Shown here piece by piece: positions 1 through 9,458 of a stretch of 32,000 bases of DNA. Position numbers and translations under genes: made by a program. How positions within the stretch are numbered: position 1 is the stretch's first letter; every line of letters begins with the position of its first letter. Where the stretch lies: assembly GCF_000146505.1 (NCBI RefSeq), contig NC_017448.1, positions 1,590,001 to 1,622,000 of the forward strand, written 5' to 3'. The notes beneath the pieces were generated by a model. That model made no database searches, was not told where the DNA came from, and saw only the letters and a program-made list of their open reading frames with translations. This DNA comes from Fibrobacter succinogenes subsp. succinogenes S85. Its GTDB lineage: Bacteria > Fibrobacterota > Fibrobacteria > Fibrobacterales > Fibrobacteraceae.

Positions 1-39
1 AAATAAAAATTTTGAATTATTCTCTATAAATAAGAATTC

Positions 40-86
40 GATCCCGGCACAAGGCCGGGATGACAATGCAATGCGGCCGGGATGAC
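40..86. repeat. REP-like GC hairpin element (GATCCCGGC-loop-GCCGGGATGAC) followed by a second GGCCGGGATGAC half-copy
   Basis: An 8-bp perfect stem ATCCCGGC/GCCGGGAT (41-48 / 54-61) has a 5-nt loop. GGCCGGGATGAC recurs at 75-86. A near-identical element lies at 8339-8363. Both sit just 3' of gene ends. Confidence 0.5.
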
Positions 87-90
87 AGCG

Positions 91-801
91 CTAAATCGTG
101 TCTGAACTGCGCAAAGTTTGCATAGAACGGCGGAAAATTTCCTTGCCAGAGCCTATTTCAAAGAAATACTTGAAAATTCCAAGATCGACCTTGCTAAAAA
201 AGCCCAAACGCTTCTCCGCAAAAACGCGGCCGCTCTCGTCAACGCTAAATTTAGCCTTGAACTGGTTCAAAGCCGACGGCGCAAGCATCACATAGTCGAT
301 TCCCTTCTTGAACCAATCCGGAGATTGATCGTAATCCGGCGCGATTCGCGTCACAGGTTTCATCGGGTGCTGCACGCCCTGCGTCTCACCATTGCCAATC
401 GCAATCACGAGCTCTAGCTTTTCGCCATCGTCAATTTCAATCGTCGGAGTCTTCTTGAACGTAAGCCCAACCACGCAAGTATTGAGCCCAATCATCTGCG
501 CCAAAAGCACGATATCCGCCGTCGCATACCCCACGCGTTCATCAAGTGAAGCTTCGCACCCCGCCACTGACTTTTGACCCGCAATCGCAATGTAATTTTT
601 CACATTCCGAAACGAGCCGTAATGCGCCAAGCGACCGCTAAATGCCACATCGTCATTTAAAACAAGCTGCATGTGGAGCGCAAAATTTTCATTCAACCGA
701 CGAATCCGCGACTGCAATTCTTCGACTTGCTCCTTAGTCAAAGGCGTCGAAGCATACCTACGCACAGAATGTCGTGCTAAAACAGCCTCTTCAATAGTCA
801 T
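91..801 (-). CDS. nitroreductase family protein
   Basis: 236-aa ORF. The N-terminus MTIEEAVLARHSVRRY... is the typical nitroreductase-fold opening, and length and composition fit the family. Confidence 0.8.
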   Translation of the reverse strand: MTIEEAVLARHSVRRYASTPLTKEQVEELQSRIRRLNENFALHMQLVLNDDVAFSGRLAHYGSFRNVKNYIAIAGQKSVAGCEASLDERVGYATADIVLLAQMIGLNTCVVGLTFKKTPTIEIDDGEKLELVIAIGNGETQGVQHPMKPVTRIAPDYDQSPDWFKKGIDYVMLAPSALNQFKAKFSVDESGRVFAEKRLGFFSKVDLGIFKYFFEIGSGKEIFRRSMQTLRSSDTI

Positions 802-851
802 AAATTCTCCTTCTCAAAAGCTCCCAAGAATTACTATTCTAAACTACAATT

Positions 852-1289
852 TTACAGCTCAATTGTCTCGTCATCACTCTTGATAAAATCAATTAAGCGC
901 TCCAACGTGAGGGCTGCCCCCATATTCCCCGCATCGGCAACACCTTCTACACGCAAGGAACACTCCCAGACAATCGCCACGCGATACCCCAAGAGCGAAA
1001 GTTCATGTTGCGTCTTAATGTCGCGCACTATGTTGCGGTCGAACTTGTCGTTCCAAAATGCAGAATTTGACTTCGGGCGACTCGTTAGCTTGCAACCATG
1101 CTGGTGCCAAAAACACCCGTTCACAAAAATCGCAACCCCATACTTTTGTACGAAAATATCCGGCGTCCCCGGCAAATCCCGACGGTGAAGCCGATAGCGG
1201 AACCCAGCCTCAAAGAGCGCCTTGCGCACAATCATCTCGGGCTTTGTATCCTCCGAATGGACCGCCTGCATCATCTGCGAGCGGGTCAT
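852..1289 (-). CDS. vsr: very short patch repair endonuclease (Vsr)
   Basis: TRSQMMQAVHSEDTKPEMIVRKAL...LPGTPDIF...NGCFWHQHGC...VWEC matches the Vsr hallmark blocks. The start was placed at ATG 1289 (MTRSQ). The ORF stays open to 1445, and a GTG at 1358 would add a basic N-terminal tail. Confidence 0.85.
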   Translation of the reverse strand: MTRSQMMQAVHSEDTKPEMIVRKALFEAGFRYRLHRRDLPGTPDIFVQKYGVAIFVNGCFWHQHGCKLTSRPKSNSAFWNDKFDRNIVRDIKTQHELSLLGYRVAIVWECSLRVEGVADAGNMGAALTLERLIDFIKSDDETIEL

Positions 1290-1446
1290 CGGTTTGCGAG
1301 CCCTGCGCCTTTTTGCCGCCTTTTTCTTGGCACTCGATTTTTTTGAAACTTTATCCACTATCGTGTTCCCAATTACGTTAAAAAAGATAAATTTAATTGC
1401 AGAATAAAATCGCAAGTTATTATGATTTTTTAATTGCAGGCACAAA

Positions 1447-2694
1447 ATGAAAGTTCAAGACCGCTTTTTAAAATACGTGAGCTTCACCACCACCTCCGAC
1501 GAGAACAGCGAAAGTTGCCCGAGCACCAAGCAGCAACTCGAACTCGCCAAGTTCTTGACCGAGGAACTTGAACAGATTGGACTTTCACAAGTGAAGATGG
1601 ACGAGAACGGCTACGTCTACGGGCTTCTACCCGCCACCGAAGGCCGCGAAAGCGACACGCCCATCGGATTCATCAGTCACATGGACACGTCACCGGATTT
1701 TTCGGGCGTAAACCCGAAACCGCAAATCATCGAAGATTACGATGGCGAAGATGTTCTGCTCAAAGGCTCGGGCGCCGTGCTCAAGGTCGAAGACTTCCCC
1801 ACGCTCAAATGGCTCAAGGGCCGCACACTCATCACGACTGACGGCACAACGCTCCTCGGCGCCGACGACAAAGCAGGCATTGCCGAAATCGTGACCGCCA
1901 TGGAAGAGCTCATCGAAATCGACCGCCACGCCGAAAGCCGCGGCTACGAGAATCTCTCAGGCCATGGAGACATCTGGGTCTGCTTCACGCCAGACGAAGA
2001 AATCGGACGCGGGGCCGACCGTCTGGACTTGAGCTATTTCACGGCTAAATACGCCTACACCGTCGACGGCGGTTACGAAGGCGATATCGCTTACGAGAAC
2101 TTCAACGCCGCAAGTGCCACCTTCAAGATTCACGGCAAGGGCGTGCATCCCGGCGAAGCCAAGGGCATCATGAAAAACGCAAGCCTCATGGCCGCCGAAA
2201 TTGCGATGGCGCTCCCCGAAAACGAAACACCCGCCACCACCGAAGGCCGCGAAGGGTTCTACCACCTGACCGACATGCAAGGCGACGTGACCGAAGCTAC
2301 TCTCAACTACATCGTCCGCGACCACGACCAGACACGATTTGAAGAACGCCAGGAATTCCTGCGCGAAATCGCCAAAAAGTTTAACGAGAAATTCGGCGAA
2401 GGCTCTATCGAGCTCGAGCTCAAGCATTCCTACAGCAACATGCTGCAGATCATCGAAAAAACGCCCGAAGTCCTTGAACGCGCCCGCACAGCCATTGCCG
2501 CCGAAAACATCACGCCGGTAAGCGACCCCGTCCGCGGCGGCACCGACGGCGCCAAGCTCAGCTTTATGGGACTCCCCTGCCCGAATCTCGGCACCGGTGG
2601 CTACGGCTACCACGGTCCTTTCGAACACGTGACCGTCGAAGGCATGGAAACAGTCGTCCGCATCATCAAGAGAATCGCCACCAGCAGGGGTTAA
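1447..2694 (+). CDS. pepT: peptidase T (tripeptide aminopeptidase, M20B)
   Basis: 415 aa. MKVQDRFLKYVSFTTTSDE..., ISHMDTSPD, LGADDKAGIAEI and PDEEIGRGA are classic PepT/M20 metal-binding blocks. Confidence 0.9.
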   Translation: MKVQDRFLKYVSFTTTSDENSESCPSTKQQLELAKFLTEELEQIGLSQVKMDENGYVYGLLPATEGRESDTPIGFISHMDTSPDFSGVNPKPQIIEDYDGEDVLLKGSGAVLKVEDFPTLKWLKGRTLITTDGTTLLGADDKAGIAEIVTAMEELIEIDRHAESRGYENLSGHGDIWVCFTPDEEIGRGADRLDLSYFTAKYAYTVDGGYEGDIAYENFNAASATFKIHGKGVHPGEAKGIMKNASLMAAEIAMALPENETPATTEGREGFYHLTDMQGDVTEATLNYIVRDHDQTRFEERQEFLREIAKKFNEKFGEGSIELELKHSYSNMLQIIEKTPEVLERARTAIAAENITPVSDPVRGGTDGAKLSFMGLPCPNLGTGGYGYHGPFEHVTVEGMETVVRIIKRIATSRG

Positions 2695-2767
2695 AAGCCC
2701 CGAAATCATTCCAATTTGAAATAATTAGCCGTTTGAAATCCTTGTAATATTATTATAGATTTCCCCA

Positions 2768-4333
2768 ATGGAGGGAAGAATGTTACAAGGTTTACTTTCT
2801 TTTGAACTATTGGGACTCTCGGGGAATGCGTGGTTTACAATTGCTGTAATCCTTGCCCTATTTGCATCCATGATGTTTTCAAAATTGCGCACCGACCTCA
2901 TCTTTGTCGCCGCCATGTCCGCTTTATTCATAAGCGGAGTCCTTGATGTCAAGGGCGCATTTGGCGGTTTCTGCGCACCGTCCGTCCTCGTCATTGGCGT
3001 CCTTTTCGCAGTCATTGCAGGTCTCAATCAGACAGGCGTTTTAAACTGGATTGTCAAGCACCTCATGGGTGCGCCCAAAACTCTTACAGGCGCCATTACA
3101 CGACTCATGCTCCCCGTAGCCCTCTTGAGTTCACTCCTCACCAACACAACCATCGTCGCCTTGTTCATCAACATCGTGAAGATTTGGTCCAAAAAGCTCG
3201 GCATTTCGCCGTCCAAGCTTTTGATCCCGCTCAGTTACGCATCTGGAATGGGTGGCATCTGCACCTTGATCGGAACTCCGCCAAACCTCATTATTTCAGG
3301 GCTCTACACCGATGCGACCGGCATCCATCTCGGGATTTTCACGACAACGATTTGCGGGCTATTCTGCCTTGCTGTTGGCATTTTGTCTGTCATCGCACTG
3401 CAGAAGCTCCTCCCCGAACGCAAGTCCCCGTTAAGCGGGCTCAGCGATGACGAAATGACACTCGAACTCTGCGTGCCCTCAAAGCATAACTTTATCGGCA
3501 TGACTTTGCGAGAAATCTACGACAGCAATCCGCGCGGTTTCGAGAAAGACAAGAACGGCATTCTCGCCATCCGCCGTTTCGATAACGAAGTCGAAGTTGC
3601 TACCCCCGATTCCATCATCATGGGCGCAGACCACATCATCGTATCGGGCAAGGCGGAGCAACTCCAATGGATTTGCAACAACCTCAACTTGAAAAACGAG
3701 CATCTGGAAGGCGTCATTGAAAACGCAGCCGTCGGAAAAAAATTTGGAAAGAAAACCGTTATTTCCGCAGCAATCATGATTGCCATGGTGCTCCTTTCGG
3801 CATTTAACATAATGCCGTTACTTTCGTCTTGCTTACTCGCTGCCGCAGCCATGATCCTTTTCCGTTGCTGTTCAAGCACGCAAGCAATGAACGCCATCAA
3901 CTGGGAAATCATCATCGTTTTTGCAGGAAGCATTTGCCTTGGCAAAGCGCTTGAAATCACCGGTGTCGCCTCAAAAATCGCAAACAGCATTTTGAGCGTG
4001 AGCGGAAGCAACCCCTACATTACACTTGCCATCATGTGCGTTGTCGCAACCTTCATCACCGAATTCATCAGCAACACGGCAGCCGCAGCATTGTTCTGCC
4101 CCATTGCATTGAGCGCCGCGAGCGCCCTTGGCGTGAATCAGCTCACATTCTGTATCGCACTCATGATTGCTGCAAGCAGTAGCTTTGCCACCCCGATTGG
4201 CTCCCCCACCCACATGCTCGTTTACGGCCCGGGCGGTTACCATTTTACAGATTTTGTCAAAATAGGCCTTCCAATGAATTTTATCATCCTAGCCGCAAAT
4301 ATATTTATAACAACTTTGATTTTTCCCTTTTAA
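2768..4333 (+). CDS. SLC13/DASS-type anion permease with a central RCK_C (TrkA-C)-like domain
   Basis: 521 aa and multi-pass hydrophobic. GTPPNLI and SPTHMLVYGPGGY motifs are typical of the CitT/ArsB-like ion transporter superfamily. A soluble insert of about 110 aa (residues ~215-330) resembles TrkA-C. An alternative start lies at 2780. Confidence 0.75.
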   Translation: MEGRMLQGLLSFELLGLSGNAWFTIAVILALFASMMFSKLRTDLIFVAAMSALFISGVLDVKGAFGGFCAPSVLVIGVLFAVIAGLNQTGVLNWIVKHLMGAPKTLTGAITRLMLPVALLSSLLTNTTIVALFINIVKIWSKKLGISPSKLLIPLSYASGMGGICTLIGTPPNLIISGLYTDATGIHLGIFTTTICGLFCLAVGILSVIALQKLLPERKSPLSGLSDDEMTLELCVPSKHNFIGMTLREIYDSNPRGFEKDKNGILAIRRFDNEVEVATPDSIIMGADHIIVSGKAEQLQWICNNLNLKNEHLEGVIENAAVGKKFGKKTVISAAIMIAMVLLSAFNIMPLLSSCLLAAAAMILFRCCSSTQAMNAINWEIIIVFAGSICLGKALEITGVASKIANSILSVSGSNPYITLAIMCVVATFITEFISNTAAAALFCPIALSAASALGVNQLTFCIALMIAASSSFATPIGSPTHMLVYGPGGYHFTDFVKIGLPMNFIILAANIFITTLIFPF

Positions 4334-4397
4334 TAATATAAGTTAAAGTTATCAGTTTCATCAAAAAAGATTATACATTAAACATACGGAGGTTCAT

Positions 4398-5153
4398 ATG
4401 CATATTTCATTCATCATATTCAATATCTTTGTTCTCATTGTCATCGTCGTCGCTGCATACGCACTAGGGCGTAGAATCAGCAAGGAAACCAAGCAGAATG
4501 CGCCCGAAGCTTTGAACAACACGCCTTACGAAGACTGCGTCAAGGAAAACGAAGCCAAGTTCAAATACGGAACATTCACGGACGCCCGCGATGGCGAAAC
4601 GTACCGCACCATTCAAATCGGAAACCAGGTCTGGATGGCAGAAAACCTGCGTTTCAAGACCGAAGGTAGCTACGCTCCGAACAACGAAGAATCGAACGTT
4701 GCAAAGTTCGGTCGTTTGTACACATGGACAAAGGCTCTTGACATTCCTGATGAATACGCTGAACAGTCTACGGCAAAAGACATCGAGATGCATAACAAAA
4801 TCAAGGACAAGAACTACAAGGGCATTGCCCCAGAAGGTTGGCATATTCCGAGCAACAAGGAATGGGAACAGCTCCTCAGCAATCTTGACGCAAAGTCCGA
4901 TGGTGGTGAGTTGCGCGGCAAATTCATGTGGAAGAACAAGGGCAAGGATACGTTCGGATTCTTTGCGCTCCCGGCGGGTTACCGCTTTGACAACGGCAAC
5001 TTCTGCCATTTCAGCAGACGCGCCCGTTTCTGGAGCAAGGATGAATACGGCAAGGCTAACGCATTCCGCCTGAGCATTACCAACAATTCCGTTGATATCG
5101 AAGGCGTGTACAGATCCGACGCTCTCTCGATCCGCTGTGTGAAAAACGTGTAA
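4398..5153 (+). CDS. membrane-anchored protein with Fibrobacter succinogenes major paralogous domain (TIGR02145-like)
   Basis: N-terminal TM helix. GETYRTIQIGNQVWMAENLRF...GRLYTW...GWHIPSNKEWEQL...GFFALPAGYR...FWS...SIRCVK is the recognisable paralogous-domain pattern. Confidence 0.8.
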   Translation: MHISFIIFNIFVLIVIVVAAYALGRRISKETKQNAPEALNNTPYEDCVKENEAKFKYGTFTDARDGETYRTIQIGNQVWMAENLRFKTEGSYAPNNEESNVAKFGRLYTWTKALDIPDEYAEQSTAKDIEMHNKIKDKNYKGIAPEGWHIPSNKEWEQLLSNLDAKSDGGELRGKFMWKNKGKDTFGFFALPAGYRFDNGNFCHFSRRARFWSKDEYGKANAFRLSITNNSVDIEGVYRSDALSIRCVKNV

Positions 5154-5178
5154 TTGACGGAGAAGCCTATACAAAAGT

Positions 5179-5216
5179 CCCTCGCGAGTATTCGCGAGGG
5201 CTTTTTGTGTTTTTGT
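5179..5216 (+). terminator. intrinsic terminator
   Basis: CCCTCGCGA-GTAT-TCGCGAGGG, a perfect 9-bp stem, is followed by CTTTTTGTGTTTTTG immediately after the 5153 stop. Confidence 0.75.
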
Positions 5217-5243
5217 AAGTGCGTTTCCGTTCCGAGAGGGGTG

Positions 5244-7250
5244 TTAGTTGGATGGGTCGTCACCGTGAATGTAGCTTACAAAAGCAAAGCGTTTGCTGTC
5301 GGGAGCCCAGGAATTGACATTGATAGTTCCTTGACCGCCGAAGAGTTTAAGAATCGTTTGCGGTGCAGACCAAGAATCTGCAGGGAGTGCGCAATTCGAT
5401 TCTACGGGGAGTGCGCGGCGCATCAAGCGGAGTTCCACATTCTTGTTGGGGACATGTTCGCCCGGACGCACATCCGTTTCTGTGTACGCGACCATCACGA
5501 CCTTTTGACGGTCCGGCGAAATATGCGGGAACCAGGTATTCCAATGCAAGTCATGCGTCATCTGCGTTTGTTCAGAGCCATCCGCCTTCATGCAGAATGC
5601 CTGCATGCGTCCAGAACGTTCGGAATTAAACCAAATATATTCGCCATTGCAATCATACTCGGGGCCATCATTCAACCCGAAAGCAGTCGTGAGGCGAGTT
5701 TCGTTACCGCCCGCTGCCGGGATTGTGTAAATGTCATACGAGCCGTTACGTTCCGCACAGTACGCAAGCGTTTTTCCGTCAGGCGTAATGCCATGCAAAT
5801 AGCTTGGCGCAAGGGGCGTCACCAATCGCGGTTCGCGGCCATCAAAATAAATCTTGTAAATGCGGGAAAGGCCGTCTTCTTTGGTGTGGTGGCTCACGTA
5901 AACGCCGCTGCCATCTGGGTCAAGAACGTGGTCGTTATTGCAGTTGTCCACATAATGACTTTCGATTTCTGTCACCTTGTCTGTCGCAAGCGTGTACTTG
6001 AAAATGCGACCGTTGCTATTGTACGTGAGGAACGTTCCGTCAGCGCTCCAGTTCGGCGCTTCAATCACGCAGTCGAATTCCTTGAGAACTTTTGCTTCGC
6101 CCGTTTCGATATCAAACACTTGCAAAATAGACTTGTCGCCGTTACGATTCCATGTTTCACCTGGAGAAATTTCAAACGTGTAACTCACGCCAAACTGCTC
6201 GCGAATCTTGTCCATGAGCGTCATGAATTCCATCGTTTTGGCATGAGTCATTTCCGGGCGTTCCCAAATAATTTGTTTTGAGAGCGCGCAAGAAGCCGGG
6301 AGGTCGCAAATTTCGTGCCGGAATTGCGCGGGATTTTCAATCGCTTCCTTGCATGCAAGGACTTCGTATTCGTAACAGTTGCAAAGACGCGAAGGCTCAA
6401 CGGTTTCAACAACATTTCCGGCATCATCAAGTAATTCCAGCTTCACCATGTCATTTAAATTTTGCACACGGATTTGCCCAGCCGTTCCGTAAATCACGCC
6501 CTCGTTATGCGTCGGCGAGACCATTGATGTCTTAAGATATGCTTTTTGGCCGTTTTCGTACGTGAGATTTATCCAGTCGCTCGCATCCACGCCCGTCTTG
6601 AACTTGACGCATCTGCAATTCATCGATGTAATTTCGTTGCGGACGAAATTGCCATCAGAAGTTTCGCGTGTGCCAAGGAACAAGTCCGCAAACGTAAGGC
6701 TGTAAATACCGATATCCAAGAGCGCACCGCCCGCAAGCGCCGGGTCATGCATACGGTCCCTATCGCTAAGTTTCATCGTGAAATCAGCTTCGACCGTTTC
6801 AACATTTCCAATGCGACCGTCGCGAATCCAGCTACGAATCGTCTCTAGCGCAGGCAAGAATCGCGTCCACATCGCTTCGCACAAAAAGACGCCCTTATCA
6901 TGCGCGAGCGAAATCACTTCTGTCGCAAGTTTTGCATTCGCCGTAAAAGCCTTCTCAACCAAGATATTCCGGCCATGTTCAATACAAAGTTTTGCAAATA
7001 CATGATGATGCGAATGCGGCGTCGCAATATAAATCAAATCGATTGCAAAATCCGCAACAAGTTCCTCGTAACTGCCATACGCTTTTTCAAAGCCATATTC
7101 CTTGGCAAAAGCAGTCGCCTTTTCCAAATCGCGGGATGCCACGGCGTAGCATTCCACGCCCATTCCCTGATTTTCCAAAGTCTTAACAGCGGCAGCCATC
7201 TTTGTCGCAATATGACCACACCCAAGAATCGCAAACTTCAAATTTTTCAT
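5244..7250 (-). CDS. fusion protein: Gfo/Idh/MocA NAD(P)-oxidoreductase (N-terminal) plus TolB-like PD40 beta-propeller (C-terminal)
   Basis: 668 aa. The N-terminus MKNLKFAILGCGHIA...EKAF is a Gfo/Idh/MocA Rossmann domain. The C-terminal half has repeated PD40-type blades (SADGTFLTY, DPDGSGVYV, TPDGKTLAY...DIYTI, SPDRQKVVM, APDSKRFAF). No signal peptide. Confidence 0.8.
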   Translation of the reverse strand: MKNLKFAILGCGHIATKMAAAVKTLENQGMGVECYAVASRDLEKATAFAKEYGFEKAYGSYEELVADFAIDLIYIATPHSHHHVFAKLCIEHGRNILVEKAFTANAKLATEVISLAHDKGVFLCEAMWTRFLPALETIRSWIRDGRIGNVETVEADFTMKLSDRDRMHDPALAGGALLDIGIYSLTFADLFLGTRETSDGNFVRNEITSMNCRCVKFKTGVDASDWINLTYENGQKAYLKTSMVSPTHNEGVIYGTAGQIRVQNLNDMVKLELLDDAGNVVETVEPSRLCNCYEYEVLACKEAIENPAQFRHEICDLPASCALSKQIIWERPEMTHAKTMEFMTLMDKIREQFGVSYTFEISPGETWNRNGDKSILQVFDIETGEAKVLKEFDCVIEAPNWSADGTFLTYNSNGRIFKYTLATDKVTEIESHYVDNCNNDHVLDPDGSGVYVSHHTKEDGLSRIYKIYFDGREPRLVTPLAPSYLHGITPDGKTLAYCAERNGSYDIYTIPAAGGNETRLTTAFGLNDGPEYDCNGEYIWFNSERSGRMQAFCMKADGSEQTQMTHDLHWNTWFPHISPDRQKVVMVAYTETDVRPGEHVPNKNVELRLMRRALPVESNCALPADSWSAPQTILKLFGGQGTINVNSWAPDSKRFAFVSYIHGDDPSN

Positions 7251-7401
7251 ACCATAAATATAAATCGCTCGCGCCCAAAACCGCCAAAAAATTTTGCACC
7301 CCCCTGTTTACCGCTGTAGCCGATACAAAGGGAACTAGCGACCTACCGCACAAGCGCCGCCCTCACCGCCAAGCACTCTAGAATTTGATATATTTCTCAC
7401 C

Positions 7402-8328
7402 ATGAAGCAGATTGAAACAGTTGCAGTTGTAGGTCTCGGGGCTGTCGGTGCCGTTGTGGCAGAACAACTCTTGAGCGTTCTCGGGAACAAGCTTTATTGC
7501 GTGATGGACGCCGAACGCAAGGCGCGATACCAAGCAAGCGGAATCGTCATCAACGGGAAAAAGGCGGACTTCAACTTTGTCACGCCGGACGAAGTCCCGG
7601 TCGTTGACCTTGTGATTTTTGCGACCAAGAATTTGCAATTCAACGAAGCGCTAGCAGAAGCGAAAAATGCAGTCGGACCGAACACAGCGTTACTTTCGCT
7701 TTTGAACGGAGTCCATTCCGAAACAGAAATCGAGCGCGTTTACGGTGCAGAAAAGACGTTGTACGGATTCATCGTCAATTTGCAGTCCATCAACAAGCAC
7801 GGGAACATTGACTGCGCTGGCCGAGGCATCATCCTCTTTGGCGAAAAAGACAACCACCGTTCCGAACGTATCGAAGCCATCCACCAGCTTTTTGAAACAG
7901 CGCACATCGTCCACAAGATTCCAGAAAACATCCGCTTGGAAATGTGGAAAAAACTCTTGATGAACACGGTATTCAACTCGATCGGAGCCATTTGCCGTTC
8001 GACATTTGCGGGTTTCAACTTTCCAGTAATGCAATCGCTTGTGCGTAAAATCGGGAACGAAGTCATTCAGGTGGCGAACGCCGAAGGCTTTGCGCTTACA
8101 AACGACGACCTAGAAGAAAACTTGCGCCTCACATGCAACTACACGCCGCTCGGCAAGTGTTCCATGCTGCAGGATATCGAGGCCGGACGCAAAACGGAAA
8201 ACGCGTATTTCTGCGGAACCATCACTAAGCTCGGGAAGGCTCACGGAATTCCGACGCCCTACTGCGAATTCTTAGGCGAACTCCTCGAAGGGACCGAGCT
8301 CGCGCGAAGTATCATTAAGGAATGCTAG
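7402..8328 (+). CDS. panE: 2-dehydropantoate 2-reductase (ApbA/PanE family)
   Basis: 308 aa. It has the VAVVGLGAVGA Rossmann start, a LLNG motif and a C-terminal SMLQDIEAGRKTE block typical of ketopantoate reductases. Confidence 0.8.
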   Translation: MKQIETVAVVGLGAVGAVVAEQLLSVLGNKLYCVMDAERKARYQASGIVINGKKADFNFVTPDEVPVVDLVIFATKNLQFNEALAEAKNAVGPNTALLSLLNGVHSETEIERVYGAEKTLYGFIVNLQSINKHGNIDCAGRGIILFGEKDNHRSERIEAIHQLFETAHIVHKIPENIRLEMWKKLLMNTVFNSIGAICRSTFAGFNFPVMQSLVRKIGNEVIQVANAEGFALTNDDLEENLRLTCNYTPLGKCSMLQDIEAGRKTENAYFCGTITKLGKAHGIPTPYCEFLGELLEGTELARSIIKEC

Positions 8329-8338
8329 ACAAGATGGC

Positions 8339-8363
8339 GATCCCGGAATAAATCCGGGATGAC
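8339..8363. repeat. REP-like GC hairpin element, second copy
   Basis: GATCCCGG-AATAAAT-CCGGGATGAC lies between the convergent stops of panE (8328) and the NUDIX gene (8365). It has the same arms as the element at 40-64. Confidence 0.5.
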
Positions 8364-8364
8364 T

Positions 8365-8745
8365 CTACAAAAGATGCTTTACGACTTCCACGTCAGCGGG
8401 GAGCCAGTTGACTGTGTTTAGATTTTCACGGTCAAGCCATTTGGCGTCTTCATGTTCCAGGAGTTTCGGCTTGCAGCCTGCAGCGAGCGAGCAATAAAAG
8501 CAATGCATCGTCAGGTGAAATTTCGGGTAATCGTATTCCACCGTGCAAATTTTTTCGCCAACATTCACTTCAATGGCGAGCTCTTCCTGAAGTTCGCGAA
8601 CGAGCGCCTGTTCCGGAGTTTCACCCGGTTCCATCTTGCCGCCCGGAAATTCCCAGCCATCTTTTTGGTCGCCATACCCACGCTGCGTGGCAAAAATGCG
8701 CCCGCCATCCGTGATAACACCCGCGACAACTTCTATAGATTTCAT
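8365..8745 (-). CDS. NUDIX hydrolase (MutT/8-oxo-dGTP diphosphatase-like)
   Basis: Nudix box GGKMEPGETPEQALVRELQEELAI. The start was placed at ATG 8745 (MKSIEVVAGVI). The longer ORF to 8832 adds an implausible hydrophobic leader. Confidence 0.8.
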   Translation of the reverse strand: MKSIEVVAGVITDGGRIFATQRGYGDQKDGWEFPGGKMEPGETPEQALVRELQEELAIEVNVGEKICTVEYDYPKFHLTMHCFYCSLAAGCKPKLLEHEDAKWLDRENLNTVNWLPADVEVVKHLL

Positions 8746-8907
8746 GATGTAAAATGTAGAAATAACAAGATTTAGCGTCAAAAAATTGCCTAAAATCACA
8801 ACAATTCTGCTTATAAGAATTTTTTTTAGCAAAAACTATTGACTTTTCAAATTAAATTTTATAAAATTTAATTGCGTAAAACAAAATAGTGTATATGGAG
8901 AAAAAAT

Positions 8908-9450
8908 ATGACAATCTACGACTTCACACTTACCGATGGTAAAGGCAACGAAATTCCACTCTCTAAATTCAAGGGCCAAGTCATGCTCATCGTGAACACG
9001 GCGACCGGCTGCGGTTTCACCCCACATTACAAGCCGATCGAAAAGATGTACACAGACTTCCACGACAAGGGCTTCGAAGTCATCGACATTCCATGCAACC
9101 AGTTCATGGGCCAGACCCCTGGCACAGACGACGAAATTCATGAATTCTGCACGCTCAAGTACGGCACCACGTTCCCGCAGATGAAAAAGTCTGACGTGAA
9201 CGGACCCAACGAGCTCCCGCTTTACACCTACCTGAAATCCAAAATAGGCTTTGAAGGTTTCGGATTCGGCGTCAAGGCGGCAGCAATGGCCATGCTTCTG
9301 AAGAAGATCGACAAGGATTACAAGAATAATCCTGATATCAAGTGGAACTTCACAAAGTTCGTCATCGACCGCGCAGGCAACGTTGTCGCCCGTTTTGAAC
9401 CCACTGCCAAAATGGAGGACGTACGTTCTTGCGTTGAAAAGCTACTTTAG
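8908..9450 (+). CDS. glutathione peroxidase family protein
   Basis: LIVNTATGCGFTP (active-site Cys), CNQFMGQTPG and IKWNFTKF are canonical GPx blocks. Confidence 0.9.
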   Translation: MTIYDFTLTDGKGNEIPLSKFKGQVMLIVNTATGCGFTPHYKPIEKMYTDFHDKGFEVIDIPCNQFMGQTPGTDDEIHEFCTLKYGTTFPQMKKSDVNGPNELPLYTYLKSKIGFEGFGFGVKAAAMAMLLKKIDKDYKNNPDIKWNFTKFVIDRAGNVVARFEPTAKMEDVRSCVEKLL

Positions 9451-9458
9451 GAGGTGCA

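Noticed and set aside
1957-2709. Long antisense ORFs inside GC-rich genes (also 5154-6281, 28239-28790, 29731-30882, 30996-31514, 4464-5174)
   Set aside because: These lie opposite clearly homologous genes (pepT, the oxidoreductase fusion, tsf/rpsB, etfB). Their Ala/Arg/Gly/Val-rich composition is typical of shadow ORFs.
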